Below, in pieces: positions 23,592 through 36,109 of a DNA stretch of 45,930 nt; the stretch's first letter is position 1, and every line of letters starts with the position of its first letter. The stretch comes from Octopus bimaculoides (lineage: Eukaryota). A model generated the notes under the pieces. It was given only the letters and a program-made list of their open reading frames with translations. It was not told where the DNA came from and did no database searches. The stretch covers positions 118,016,616 to 118,062,545 of the forward strand of contig NC_068983.1 in NCBI RefSeq assembly GCF_001194135.2. The letters run 5' to 3'. The position numbers and the translations under genes were made by a program.

Positions 23592-24185
23592 TAATTATTT
23601 TTTTTTATTATCTTTCTTAATCATGGTTTGGCAAATGCATCAAGAGTTTCTTTTCCAAAAACCAGGATTGGGTACATAATAGATTAAGATGATGCATGAA
23701 AAAGCACTAGCAATTCTTATGGGATCCTAGTATTGTTATTTTCTGGAATGTGCCTATGTTTATCATTATAAATAAGCTGTCAATGTTCTTATAAAAATAG
23801 CTGTGTATCATAATAATTGTGCTAGTAACATATGGGATGATAATACACATTCCTTATCTGCTAGAATTTTTTTTTCTTAGTATTCAACAGCTTGTTTCCG
23901 TCTTACTTTGTTGCCTTTAAGTTCGTTTCTATACAGCCTCATTGTCATTTGGTACTGCAGTGTCGATAATTAGTACGCTGTTGTTTTTGTGATGACAAAT
24001 TGTGGTGTTAGACTTATGAGTTGTTTTATGTTTTGGAAAGTATCCCTAGCTATTTCACATTATCGTTTTCTAACATATGTGGAGATTCAAATGAGTACTA
24101 CAGAGTTGTTTTTTTCTTTTTGTTAAAACAGCTGAAAATGTGTGACTGGGTGTATGTAGAGTAGCTTTGCTATGGCGTACCCTTG

Positions 24186-24395
24186 AAGCGGTGAGCTGGG
24201 AAAATCGTTAGCACGCTGGACAAAATGTTTAGTGGCATTTCGCTGTCTTTACGTTCAGAGTCCAAATTCCGCCGAGGTCGACTTTGCCTTTCATCCCTTT
24301 CGGGGTCGATAAAATAAGTACCAGTTGAGCACTAGAGTCCATGTAATTGATTTACCACTCCACTGAAATTGCTGGCTCAGTGCCAAAATTTGAAA
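24186..24395 (+). mobile_element. SINE-E
   Basis: GCGGTGAGCTGGGAAAATCGTTAGCACGCTGG..GTGCCAAAATTTGAAA. Confidence 0.93.
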
Positions 24396-25834
24396 TTATC
24401 TGAAATAAAATCAATATATTGCGTAGTCAGTTCACTGTAAAGGTCCGTTTTTTTATGGTTGCTCCCTACGGTTGACCTATATGCCATCAGTTTATCCTTT
24501 GTGGGGACGGGGAGATGTTCGAATTAATTATTGAGCGTTTTGTGAGATAGTTTTTTTCTGTAGATATAGTCGATTTATTTCATCTTCTACAATCATAGTC
24601 AATAAGGGCACGTAGCAGACTCTCTTGTAAATTGCAAAGATAAATACAAAATTAATAACTGCATTCATATATTGCTCTCCTGCCATCTTCCTATCTAGGG
24701 TAGTTGGATATCAAATATTTTGTAAACAGCGTAGTGATTTTAGTAGATCTCTCATATTACAGTCTATGGAATCTAAGTTTATCACATTAAAGTCCAACAT
24801 TAGAGAGCTATATCTTTGACTCTGCAAATGTGTTAATGATACAGGGTGTTCTTGCCATTGAGATGAATTTTGTTTAAATATGCTTGATTGTGTTAAAACA
24901 TTCATTCTTAATCTTTAATCAAAGTTTTCATTTACTATTCCATTTTCAGTCGTGTCCAAGTACTTGTAAAACGTGGAATTTGTCCATCCTTGTATTATCT
25001 CACCTCTCGGGAGATTCAAATCAATGGTTTGGTTTATCTGTCACGACGCATCACGACCTTCTGTCATCTCTTCCGCCCAAAAGTATTAAGGAAAACATTT
25101 CTATAAAACTAAGTGACGATATTGAAAAACCTCTCAAACTGGGGACTATTTGTGGCATGCAATTTTAAGTTGTCCATAACAATGATTTGGTGGTTGAACC
25201 TGTTTTCCCTCCCCCATACACACACACACCTCTCTCTCTCTCTAATATCTCAAATTGGCATTTTTGTTTATTAGCTTTAAGGTAATAAGCATACAATGGA
25301 ATAAAGAGAACTACTATCCCCTCGAAATGTCTTACAGATATTCATGTGTCATGAGTTATGGAATCAAAGGTACATAGCAGGTTCTTTTTGCGTAATTCCG
25401 CATCATCCAATAACATATCTTTTACCATGGAGTTGATCAATTCTCTCGCTGGATTACGTTTACAACCTTTCTGCTCTACAGGAATTAATTATACAAATAG
25501 CGAAGAAAGCCATGTCTTAAATTAGTAGGCGCCGTCATCTGATCGATGACTTGCAAGTCTGGCTTTGGATAAACAGACCCTACTGGAGATGTTTCAAACA
25601 TTTTCAAGCAGAAAAATGTCTGGGATTAAAATCAAGTCCTATTTACAGTGCTCGTTTCAAGGTGGAGTGTTCAATTTTTCCGTGTTTCAAATGCTTTAAA
25701 ACCATCGTAGATCACTGCTTTCCAAACCGATCGTTTCCTGTCGTCTGCATTTCAGTCTTTAACATCTACAATAAGAACCTTAAGCTTGTTTTTGACGGCA
25801 TCCCTAGAACGTTTCTTAGGTTTATGTCACGAAG

Positions 25835-25880
<46 letters not shown>

Positions 25881-26643
25881 GTGTGTATATNNNNNNNNNN
25901 NNNNNNNNNNNNNNNNNNNNNNNNNNNNNNNNNNNNNNNNNNNNNNNNNNNNNNNNNNNNNNNNNNNNNNNNNNNNNNNNNNNNNNNNNNNNNNNNNNNN
26001 NNNNNNNNNNNNNNNNNNNNNNNNNNNNNNNNNNNNNNNNNNNNNNNNNNNNNNNNNNNNNNNNNNNNNNNNNNNNNNNNNNNNNNNNNNNNNNNNNNNN
26101 NNNNNNNNNNNNNNNNNNNNNNNNNNNNNNNNNNNNNNNNNNNNNNNNNNNNNNNNNNNNNNNNNNNNNNNNNNNNNNNNNNNNNNNNNNNNNNNNNNNN
26201 NNNNNNNNNNNNNNNNNNNNNNNNNNNNNNNNNNNNNNNNNNNNNNNNNNNNNNNNNNNNNNNNNNNNNNNNNNNNNNNNNNNNNNNNNNNNNNNNNNNN
26301 NNNNNNNNNNNNNNNNNNNNNNNNNNNNNNNNNNNNNNNNNNNNNNNNNNNNNNNNNNNNNNNNNNNNNNNNNNNNNNNNNNNNNNNNNNNNNNNNNNNN
26401 NNNNNNNNNNNNNNNNNNNNNNNNNNNNNNNNNNNNNNNNNNNNNNNNNNNNNNNNNNNNNNNNNNNNNNNNNNNNNNNNNNNNNNNNNNNNNNNNNNNN
26501 NNNNNNNNNNNNNNNNNNNNNNNNNNNNNNNNNNNNNNNNNNNNNNNNNNNNNNNNNNNNNNNNNNNNNNNNNNNNNNNNNNNNNNNNNNNNNNNNNNNN
26601 NNNNNNNNNNNNNNNNNNNNNNNNNNNNNNNNNNNNNNNNNNN

Positions 26644-27400
26644 GTATGCGTGTCTGTGTGAGTGTGTTGTGTTGGTGAGAAGTGTATGTGCGTGTGTATG
26701 TGTATGTGGGTGTGTGCGTGGGTGTGTGTGTGTGTGTGGATGTGCGTGTGTGTGTGGGATTGTGATGTGTGTGGGTTTGTGAGTGTTAGGTACGGGCGCG
26801 TGTGTGTGTATGCGCGTGTGTGTATGCGCGTGTGTGTATGCGCGTGTGTGTTTATGTGTGTTTGTATGTGTGTGTCCGTGTGCGTGTATGTGCGTGTGTG
26901 TGTATATTTTTTGTGCGTGCATGTCTGTGTATATTGTGTATGTTTTCGTGCGTGCGTGTGTGTTGTGTATGTGAGTGAGTATTGTGTATGTGAGAGGTGT
27001 GTGTGCATATGTGCATGTGTGTATATGTGTATGTGTGTACGTGTATGTGTGTGTATCTGTGTGTTTGTGTATGTGAGAGGTGTGTGTGCGTATGTGTATG
27101 TGTGTGTCTATGTGTGTGTGCGTGCGTATGTGTGTGAGAGCGTAAGGATGTGTGCCAGGTATGTGTGTTATTTTGTGTGTGCACTCCTGTGTGTGTGTGT
27201 GTGCATGTGTATGCGGCTGTGTATGTACGTGTATGTAGGCGTGCGCGTATATATGGGTGTGTGTGTGTGTCTGTGTGTGTATAGGGCTGTGTAAGGTGTG
27301 TGTCTCTACCACTGTGCGTGTGTGTGTATATATGTGCGTTCGTCTATACGTGTGTGTGAGGGCGCGCATGTATGTTTGTCATGTGTGTGGGCGGTATATA
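26644..27400. repeat. Long degenerate (GT/GTAT/GC)n alternating purine-pyrimidine tract between two gaps
   Basis: Seen directly; the source of the spurious His/Thr-rich and Cys/Val-rich ORFs. Confidence 0.97.
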
Positions 27401-29529
27401 NNNNNNNNNNNNNNNNNNNNNNNNNNNNNNNNNNNNNNNNNNNNNNNNNNNNNNNNNNNNNNNNNNNNNNNNNNNNNNNNNNNNNNNNNNNNNNNNNNNN
27501 NNNNNNNNNNNNNNNNNNNNNNNNNNNNNNNNNNNNNNNNNNNNNNNNNNNNNNNNNNNNNNNNNNNNNNNNNNNNNNNNNNNNNNNNNNNNNNNNNNNN
27601 NNNNNNNNNNNNNNNNNNNNNNNNNNNNNNNNNNNNNNNNNNNNNNNNNNNNNNNNNNNNNNNNNNNNNNNNNNNNNNNNNNNNNNNNNNNNNNNNNNNN
27701 NNNNNNNNNNNNNNNNNNNNNNNNNNNNNNNNNNNNNNNNNNNNNNNNNNNNNNNNNNNNNNNNNNNNNNNNNNNNNNNNNNNNNNNNNNNNNNNNNNNN
27801 NNNNNNNNNNNNNNNNNNNNNNNNNNNNNNNNNNNNNNNNNNNNNNNNNNNNNNNNNNNNNNNNNNNNNNNNNNNNNNNNNNNNNNNNNNNNNNNNNNNN
27901 NNNNNNNNNNNNNNNNNNNNNNNNNNNNNNNNNNNNNNNNNNNNNNNNNNNNNNNNNNNNNNNNNNNNNNNNNNNNNNNNNNNNNNNNNNNNNNNNNNNN
28001 NNNNTATATATATATATATATATATCATATTTGACTATCCTACTAGATATTTTGGTGGGGAGCAGTATATAAGCAAATAAGTTTTGGGCTGGTAGTTAGA
28101 TGAGTCATATATTAGTCTTTTCTTGAGATTCATATTTGTTCTCCCAGAAGAGATCCATCTAAGTACTTGGTCGATTATTTAGGCTGGTGTTAAAGAAGAT
28201 CATTATCTAATAGTGTTGTATGTTACATTATGACAACCACCAAAAGTTATGGATGTTGTCAAAGGCGGGATTTTTTATACGTGGCTTCGTTTTCAAAACT
28301 GTGTTTCCAAAATGTGCCTATTTTTATATATTTTTATAAGTAACAGCTTACTGTCCTAAAATTGTGGGTTGTTTTGAAGGGCAAGGTTGTGAGAGAAACA
28401 TTTCCTGTAATGCAAGAATTATTGTAGTCTTATTTAACTAGATATCTTTGAAACAGGCGAGACTTTGCAGTTATTGATTATGTTCTCTCAATCGTCATCC
28501 GTTCTCCAAATAACATCGTACAACGTTTAAACTCTTTCTCTTGTGTTGTGTTTTTCTTTGTACTGTCGAATCTTGAGAAGACAAACTGCTATCCTTAGAG
28601 CAGCGTACTTCTGATTATGTGAACATGTATTCTGGTGAGAAAACCGATCTAATAAAATATTTATTAGTTTATTTTGATGAAACTTTTCTACGTCTAATAA
28701 TCCGTCTATTAAAAGTCGAAGAGGTGAACCATGAATACGTCTAACTGGCCAGAGAGTTCCTTATTAATATTAGCACCTTTATAATCCATGTTTTGAGAAC
28801 TGCATCAAGAGTTTTCTTTCTTCCAGTAGTTATTGCTGTGGTCGCTACTACTGCTGTAGCTGCTGTTGTTGGCCGCCACCATAGAGTAAGAGATGAGATT
28901 TCAGCTAATCCTAATTCACCGCTTGTTTTCAGCTTATGGCTGGCACCAATTCGCTTCGTTTACGTTACTGATGCTTTAAAAAATTTCCAAAGCAAAGAAA
29001 GTTCTGAACACAATTTCATTGTTTTCCATCCGACAAATTATAAACGCAGGTCTATTTAATTGGTGCCTTTGCATAATACATCAAAAGCTGCGCATTACAA
29101 AATAAATTATTGGGTAAAGTTAGTAGATCTAATTGCAAGAACCGAAAACGTATGATGGCGAAGAAAATTCTAAACTTTTCAGTGATTGCTGAACTAAACA
29201 GCTTAACGCCTTTCATAATGTTTATTGCATCACCATTGACAACGATCGACAATTCTATTTATAGGCTAGTTACTTGAGCATATTTAGAATTGAAGCATGG
29301 TCTGTGTGCAAATTAACTTGAATTACGCTGAAATAGATGGAGTGTTCTTTAGACGGTTGCGGGAAATGTCCGCTAGCCTTTGTGTAGCATGTGAAACATA
29401 TAAGCGAGTTGAGACGTATTGACACCGCTTGAAAATAACGTGTTCATGGAGTATAGACAGGATAAAATGTTATCCTTCTTCAAGCTCTGATCGTAAGAGC
29501 ACTTTAATTAAATATCTTTTAATTAATCC

Positions 29530-29935
29530 TTTCTATTACAGACACAGGGGCTGAAATTTGGTGGGAAGGTGTAAGTCGATCACATAGACCTCAATACATG
29601 ACAGGTACTTATTTCATCGACCCTAAAAGGATGAAAGGCAGTTGATCGCAGTGGAATTTGAACTCAGAACGTAAAGACGGACAAAATGCTGCTAAACATT
29701 TTGCACAGTGTGCTAACGACTTTTTCCTGCTCTAGGCACAAGGCCCGAAATTTTTGGGAAGGTGGTCAGTCGATTAGATCGACCCCAGTACACAACTGAT
29801 ACTTAATTTATCGACCCCGAAAGGATGAAAGGCAAAGTCGACCTCGGCGGAATTTGAACTCAGAACGTAAAGATAGATGAAATACCGGTAAGCATTTTCG
29901 CCCAGCGTGTTAACGACTCTGCCAACTCGCCCCCG
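29530..29935 (-). mobile_element. Two SINE-E copies head-to-tail
   Basis: Two AAAGGATGAAAGGCA..GGAATTTGAACTCAGAACGTAAAGA cores. Confidence 0.93.
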
Positions 29936-30827
29936 TTAATGCCTTTCCGTTGATGATATTGCTTTGTACGGTAGAATGTTATACTAAATCACAGGACAAA
30001 TTTACAGCTAAATGAATTTAACTATTCGAAAAAGAATATCATGGCGTTGGATAGAACACTATTTCGATAATGGGATACTCACCGTGAACTTTTCTTTTGT
30101 TATCTCAAAACTTTTGCAATTCTAGGATCCGTTTGCTATTACCACTTTAAAAAAAATACAAGAACACAGAGTTGATAAAAATAAATATGTATAGCATGTA
30201 CTTTAGTTTTTTTGTGACCCAACCATAATTTTTGTCGTTATTAACTTTCAATGTTTCTTTCTTAGGCAGATACAATAAAGACCATTAATGATAAAAGACA
30301 ATAGAGTCAACTGCATTCCCCTATTATAAATATTTGCCTTTGTCTTCTTAAGAAAGAAACCATTAATTGAAAACTGTGCCAACAATTTTTTTCTGTCTTA
30401 GTTTATTTTCTTCTAATTGATCTATTGTTAATACGCATGATTTTTTATTCAAATGTAATGTGATGGATAATTTTTTTAAAATTTTGTTTATATTTCAAGT
30501 CATTTTATGAATAAATTTCTAGCAAGACACTGTTATGTTCTCTGAGTTAACACCATCTGATCTCTTTCCGTTTTAATTCCTCAGATACATTTTAATGTTT
30601 TATCCCTTCGTTTCTTTTCGCTTTATAAACATGTACGTTAGGTCGAATGTCCGAGTGATTCAAAGAGCGGACTCGGTCTGTCATACGAATATCCACAGGA
30701 GACTAGAATTTATCAAAAGCACCATTGGCGTAAATGAAGCAAATTGGTGTCGAGCATAGCCTAATTTTAATAGTTTCCGCCATACGTACAGACATACATA
30801 CAAACATGCATGCTTACATGCGTACAT

Positions 30828-31216
30828 GTTGTTGTTGGCACTCCATCGCTTACTATGTCGAGGGTTCCAGTTGATACCATCAACGAAACAGCCTGCTCGT
30901 GAAATTAACGTGCAAGTGGCTGAGCACTCCACAGACACGTGTACCCTTAACGTAGTTCTCGGGGATATTCAGCGTGACACAGTGTGACAAGGCTGACCCT
31001 TTTAATTACAGGCACAACAGAAACAGGAAGTAAGAGTGAGAGAAAGTTGTGGTGAAAGAGTACAGCAGGGTTCGCCACCATCCCCTGCCGGAGCCTCGTG
31101 GAGCTTTAGGTATTTTTCGTTCAATAAACACTCACAACGCCCGGTCTGGGAATCGAAACCGCGATCCTATGACCGCGTGTCCGCTGCCCTAACCACTGGG
31201 CCATTGCGCCTCCACT
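30828..31216 (-). mobile_element. SINE-A, full length, with TSD
   Basis: Same consensus as the copies at 6897 and 12767. TSD CATGC(G/A)TACAT lies at 30817-30827 and 31217-31227. Confidence 0.96.
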
Positions 31217-33006
31217 CATGCATACATACATATGTACGTACGTACATCGTCGTCTTTGTTTCATTCTTTCTCCCTCTCTCTTTCTCAATGTGAAGAGGGA
31301 AAGAAACATTCTCTCATTTGAGAATCTCTTTTCATACACAGGTTATATAGTATATACAAACTTTTTTAAAACTTTTAATGAAATAAGACCGAAGATCCTA
31401 TAATTCTTTTTGACAAAGATTCAAGAATATCACTCGATGCCTCCTAACCATGAAAAATAATCCGTATTTCTGTGATTACGCAATGCGATGGTAATGGTCA
31501 TGACTATAGAGGATTGCATTAAATGTTTTACCTCTTTTTAAGGAGTTTAAAAGATAAGGGCTAGTGTTTGTGTAGTAAAGTTAAGGGGATCATAGCGTTT
31601 GGAAGTTGTTCAATCAACTAAAATTTTTTTTAATTCTCCGAATAAGAGACCAGTATACAGCTTTCGAATTAGCCTTTTTTAAATAGAATTTTTCCGACAC
31701 CATCCACTATACACGAGAGAGCTTCTGCGTAGACTCTCAACCTACTGGAAATAGCACAATCTCCTCCTTGTCAAGCCTTAGCTTCTTAACTAAGGAAAGA
31801 ACACGCTAAATAATACAGTCCTACATTATCCTAAAAAGAGGGGGTGGTCATGAGTGGACTATTTTGCTGTTTGCTCAGTAAGAATTGTCTTGAGGCTTAA
31901 ATCAACAACCACTAGTTTCCTTCACTTCTAGTGTTTAAATTTGATGTTCGCAGCATTTAATTTGTTTTCCTCTCACTTTGTATTCTTCGTCCTTCACTAG
32001 ATATTTCAAATTAGGACCAGAAATTTACCGAAGTAAATTCAATCTTCGCTACATTCTTCCCTTTAAAAAGTGACTCAGTTATTTAACAGGAAGAATATAT
32101 TTCTACCTTGATTTGGTAAATGAAGAACAAAATAGATAGAAGTACCTGGAGAGCCGGTGTGAGTTATGTAATATTTCACTTTACGATGTTAACACCATTT
32201 TTCTTTAAATCTGAAATTCGCGCCTACGTAAGAAATCAATATTCTTTCCGTGTCATGTTTTTAGTATTAGAACCTTGTTGTTTCCACTTCTACTGTAACA
32301 CGTATATTGTACTCAAAGAGTATATATCTCCCAATATCAGGTTCAACGGGACGAAATTGAATGGAATCTATAAACTATTTTTTTTTAGTCTAATGTGCTA
32401 ACTACTGTATGATACTACGCAGAAAAACACAGAAAAAAATAAAACAGAGCAAAACATGGTGCAATGAAGGAGTTTACACATGGCCGCTTCTGACAGAAAT
32501 AGCAACCATATGTCCATCAAAATGCATTCTACTAAATTTTAAAAAAAAGACATTGGATGACTTAATCATACATATATTACACCTGAAGATAATGGGTTGG
32601 TCACGTCATGGAGCTCTTTAAATATGTGTCTGCTTAAACTTGGTTAAACAACAACAGCAGAACTAAGTAAAAAAGAAGCGGAGTGATGGAGACGTGCACA
32701 GCTGGTTGTATCTAATCTCGTTGGATCGACTAGCCATCTCCCAAATGGCAGTTTGAATGTGGCTGATATTGTGCAAAAAAGAAAACAACTTATATGTAGC
32801 AGCCAATCTAAATTTGTTTCAATAAATGCACTGTTTATCTGGGTTTTTATATTTTTATCTTAGTCATGGCCTTCTCCATAGCAAAAGTTGTCGACAACTG
32901 AAAGCACTGACTAAACACTGAATTTCGAATTTAATCGATACACCGGACATCGAAAATCAATTTATATATCTGGAGAAGTTGGAAATGTGTGTTATAGCCA
33001 GAGCTT

Positions 33007-33165
33007 TGTAGCGGGGTTTAGAATTAAAAGTGTGTTAACTCAGCAACGATTGAGTAATCGCCGCTAAAATACCACCGGCCGACAATTGCGCCGATATCAC
33101 CTGATATTTCATAGTTTATTTCTCGTTACTGAATTATTGCGGTTTCAATTCTAAACCTCGCAACA
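33007..33165. repeat. MITE-like 159-bp element with imperfect terminal inverted repeats of about 43 bp
   Basis: TGTAGCGGGGTTTAGAATTAAAA..CAGCAACGA (33007-33049) versus the reverse complement of 33123-33165, TGTTGCGAGGTTTAGAATTGAAA..CAGTAACGA. No clear TSD. Confidence 0.6.
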
Positions 33166-33389
33166 CCAAATAGTTGCATCTATGCCACAGATTTGCATGT
33201 AGAACTGACCAGAATAACTCAATATGAAAGTATCACGAAATGGTACCACTTCCTCAATATAAACGGTAGGATTATTTTATGACTGGTGTCAATTTTGATA
33301 GTCCGAAGTTCTGAGCATCAATCCTTCCATGACTTGAAACAGGCAACAGTGACACTCTCTAAAGTGTGCCTTTGTTGAAATCATAAATT

Positions 33390-33588
33390 GGTTTCAAATT
33401 TTGGCACAATGCCAGCAGTTTTGGAGGTGGGGTAAGTAGATTACATCGACTACTCCAGAGATAAACAGGTACTTATTTTTATCGGCCCTGAAAGCATGAA
33501 AGGTAAAGTCGACCTCAGCGGAAATCAAACTCAGACGGAATTGCGCTAAACATTTCTGTCCGGCGTGCTAACGATTCTGCCAACTCGC
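33390..33588 (-). mobile_element. SINE-E
   Basis: TTTCAAATTTTGGCACAA..AAAGTCGACCTCAGCGG..CTAACGATTCTGCCAACTCG. Confidence 0.9.
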
Positions 33589-33898
33589 AGAAGTATGTTC
33601 ACTTTAATTACACTTAAATCTTAATTAAAGTTCTTTTCTACATTAAATTATATATCCGTATACTTCGTAACCGCTACTTTTATGTTTAAGTAGCAATGTC
33701 AATGTAAATTTCTACGGGAGACTTATCATTGTTGTTGTTTAACCTGTTTTAATCGGAAACAATTATATGATCAAGAACATTCCAATTATGACCATCCAAT
33801 CTTATTTTCAGGCAAAGTGCATCCAGGATCCCATTTTCTTAATATGCGGTCAGTGCAGAACTTCTTGCATTTTATTTGTCAGCAGAATATTTAGCTTC

Positions 33899-34116
33899 GT
33901 TTATCTTTTACTTGTTTCAGTCACTGGATTGTGGCCATGCTGGGGCACAGCTTTTATGTGTTTAATCGAACAAATAGACGCCAATACTTTTTTTAAGCTC
34001 ATAGTTATTCAATCAGTCTCTTTTTTGCCGAACAACTATAATTAAGGGGACGTAAGCAAAGCAACACAGGCTTTCAGGCGAAGCTTGGGACAAGCACACA
34101 CACACACACATGTATG

Positions 34117-34201
<85 letters not shown>

Positions 34202-34359
34202 GACGGGCTTCTTTCAGCTTCTGTCAACCAAATGCACTCACAAGGCCTTGGTCGGCCCAGATCTAGAGTAGAAGACATTTGCCTAAGGTGTCACGCTGTA
34301 GGACTGAACCTGAAACTTGTGGTTGGAAAGCAAACTTTTTACCGCACAACCACACCTGC
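33899..34359 (-). mobile_element. SINE-B, full length, with expanded internal (AT)n
   Basis: Reverse complement of the 6102 consensus; internal (CA)/(AT)n at 34096-34198. Confidence 0.92.
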
Positions 34360-35458
34360 TATTAATGAGTTTTTGTCCAAGAACGTTTTTTTCACCAATT
34401 ATTTGATATCCCCAATTGTTGCAGTGATGACATGTATCTCCTCGTGATCCCTCTACACACCCAAATAGATTAACTTAATTCAGATTTAAATGTAATTAAT
34501 GGGAACATACGCCCTGCCAATTGTAACTTGTTTCCTGAGTCAGTCAATATGCCTCACTTTAACCTAATTTAACTAAGTGCTCATAAATTATTGTATGGTC
34601 GGCTCACTAGTGAAGATTAGGTGTTTGTATATGTGTGGGAGTTCGTCAAGGATGCACTTCAGAGAGTTTCACTCTTGTCTACATCAAACCATAAAAGCTT
34701 GTATGCTCAGTACTGCAGACTAACAAATCAATAATGCAATAAACGTACTGCTTATAGCGATGAGGCATACCTTTGGTAGTACATTGTCTGGTACACAATG
34801 CAGCATAATTGGTAGGATACGAGTCATGCAACCTTCAAACGAAAAGAGAAATCTTTTCGTTAAAGCCTTAGTGTAATACAGCTTTAGGATTGTTCAGCCC
34901 ACGCCTTTCAGCTGCTTTCTTATTTAAAACTAACTGGTATTTTCTACTTTGTAAATACATTATAAATATGTGCTAAAACTACATCACTTCTCACGAAATA
35001 ACGCAATAGTAAGGAAAAGTATCAACTATTATCAGCTGTCACAATTCTGTTTCCTTTAACTGCTTATATTCAAATTTGATGTTTTATTTTCTCCTTAAGG
35101 GCAATCTCTGCCACCTGTCCTCCGTTGTAGACATACTTTCTCTGTCACCTCACGAATACCGTTATAATTTAAGATAAATCTCCGCCTTATTTAATCCACC
35201 TGTTTTGTTTTTGATGTTATCGTTGTTTTATGCAGTGAATTAGAGCTGCTTTTGTGTCTCCTATTTAGAAGAGGCAACAAATAAGAGGTCAATGAGGTGA
35301 AAGCTTTTCTTTTTTTTCCTAACTGGAACACGGTTATCTACCAGCTATTGAGATTTTAATTCATTTTCAGAAATCTGTTGCATGAATTTATTTATTTATA
35401 CCCGCGATTGAGACATGGAAAACATTATTATTATTATTATTATTGTCATCATTGTTAA

Positions 35459-35642
35459 GGCGGTGAGCTGGCAGAATCGTTACCACGCCGAGCGAAATGC
35501 TTAGCGGTACGTCGTCTGTCTCCACGTTCTAAGTTCAAATTCCACCGAGATTAACTTAGCCAAGCACCAATGAAATACTGGGTCGATGTAATCGGCTAGT
35601 CTTCTTCTCCAAAATAGCTGCCCTTGTGGCAAAATTTGAAAC
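35459..35642 (+). mobile_element. SINE-E flanked on both sides by (ATT)n
   Basis: GGCGGTGAGCTGGCAGAATCGTT..GCAAAATTTGAAAC; (ATT)n near 35424-35443 and 35644-35660. Confidence 0.93.
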
Positions 35643-36003
35643 AATTATTATTATTATTATCATCGCTATAGCTGGGGGTGTATTTTTGGAGCACTGTAAG
35701 TTTATGACTAATTCACTTGTTTACAAGGATCTATACTGTATTTTGTTTTTTATTATTGTTTAAATCTTTTTGCAAGCCAGCTGTCCGTCTGGGGAAGGAG
35801 GGGATGACCTTTATTAACCATAGCTTACTGTCTAAAATAAAAGATACAAACTTTTTTGTTTTCAAATTTCTTAGAAACTTTTCTTCGAAAAAGGTAAACA
35901 TTGAAGATGGTGATTAAAAACGGGGGTGGGGAAAGAGGGTGGTACGGCAATTTGCACGAGGACTTCCCCGTCTTCCTCGCCATGATTGGCAGTAGACAGC
36001 AGG

Positions 36004-36104
36004 AAGAAAAGGAAGAAAGAAAGAAAGAAAGAAAGAAGAAGAAGAAGAAGAAGAAGAAGAAGAAGAAGAAGAAGAAGAAGAAGAAGAAGGAGGAGAAGAA
36101 GAAA
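36004..36104. repeat. (GAAA)n/(GAA)n polypurine microsatellite
   Basis: Seen directly. Confidence 0.97.
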
Positions 36105-36109
36105 GATTA

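Larger units (their letters stand above)
23689..29059 (+). pseudogene. Candidate decayed integrin alpha subunit gene (N-terminal beta-propeller / FG-GAP region)
   Basis: Motifs appear in integrin-alpha order: signal-peptide-like stretch (23689-23765, one frameshift), SFGTAVS (23945-23965), C-x3-C..SNQWFGLSV..D (24950-25082), PTG/RCF (25579-25595), FQGG (25655-25666), ILVG..FWAGS (28049-28096), DYLG (28173-28184), G/DF..IVIRSP (28456-28508), AAYF* (28600-28614) and VIAVVAT (28829-28849). Several follow canonical acceptors. There are many stops and frameshifts. Confidence 0.55.

Noticed and set aside
25551-28080. Long ORFs (up to 515 aa) rich in His/Thr or Cys/Val
   Set aside because: These are translations of (CA/GT)n-type repeats running through N gaps.
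28827-28885. Apparent TM exon VVIAVVATTAVAAVVGRHHR with strong splice sites
   Set aside because: Better explained as a decayed DIAVGAP FG-GAP motif plus a GCT/ACT trinucleotide run. The upstream GCATCAAGAGTTT..CTTT also recurs at 23638, so the acceptor may be repeat-derived. Not fully excluded.
32409-32621. ORF with WC..W..C spacing suggestive of a sushi module
   Set aside because: No polypyrimidine acceptor and no supporting neighbouring exons.
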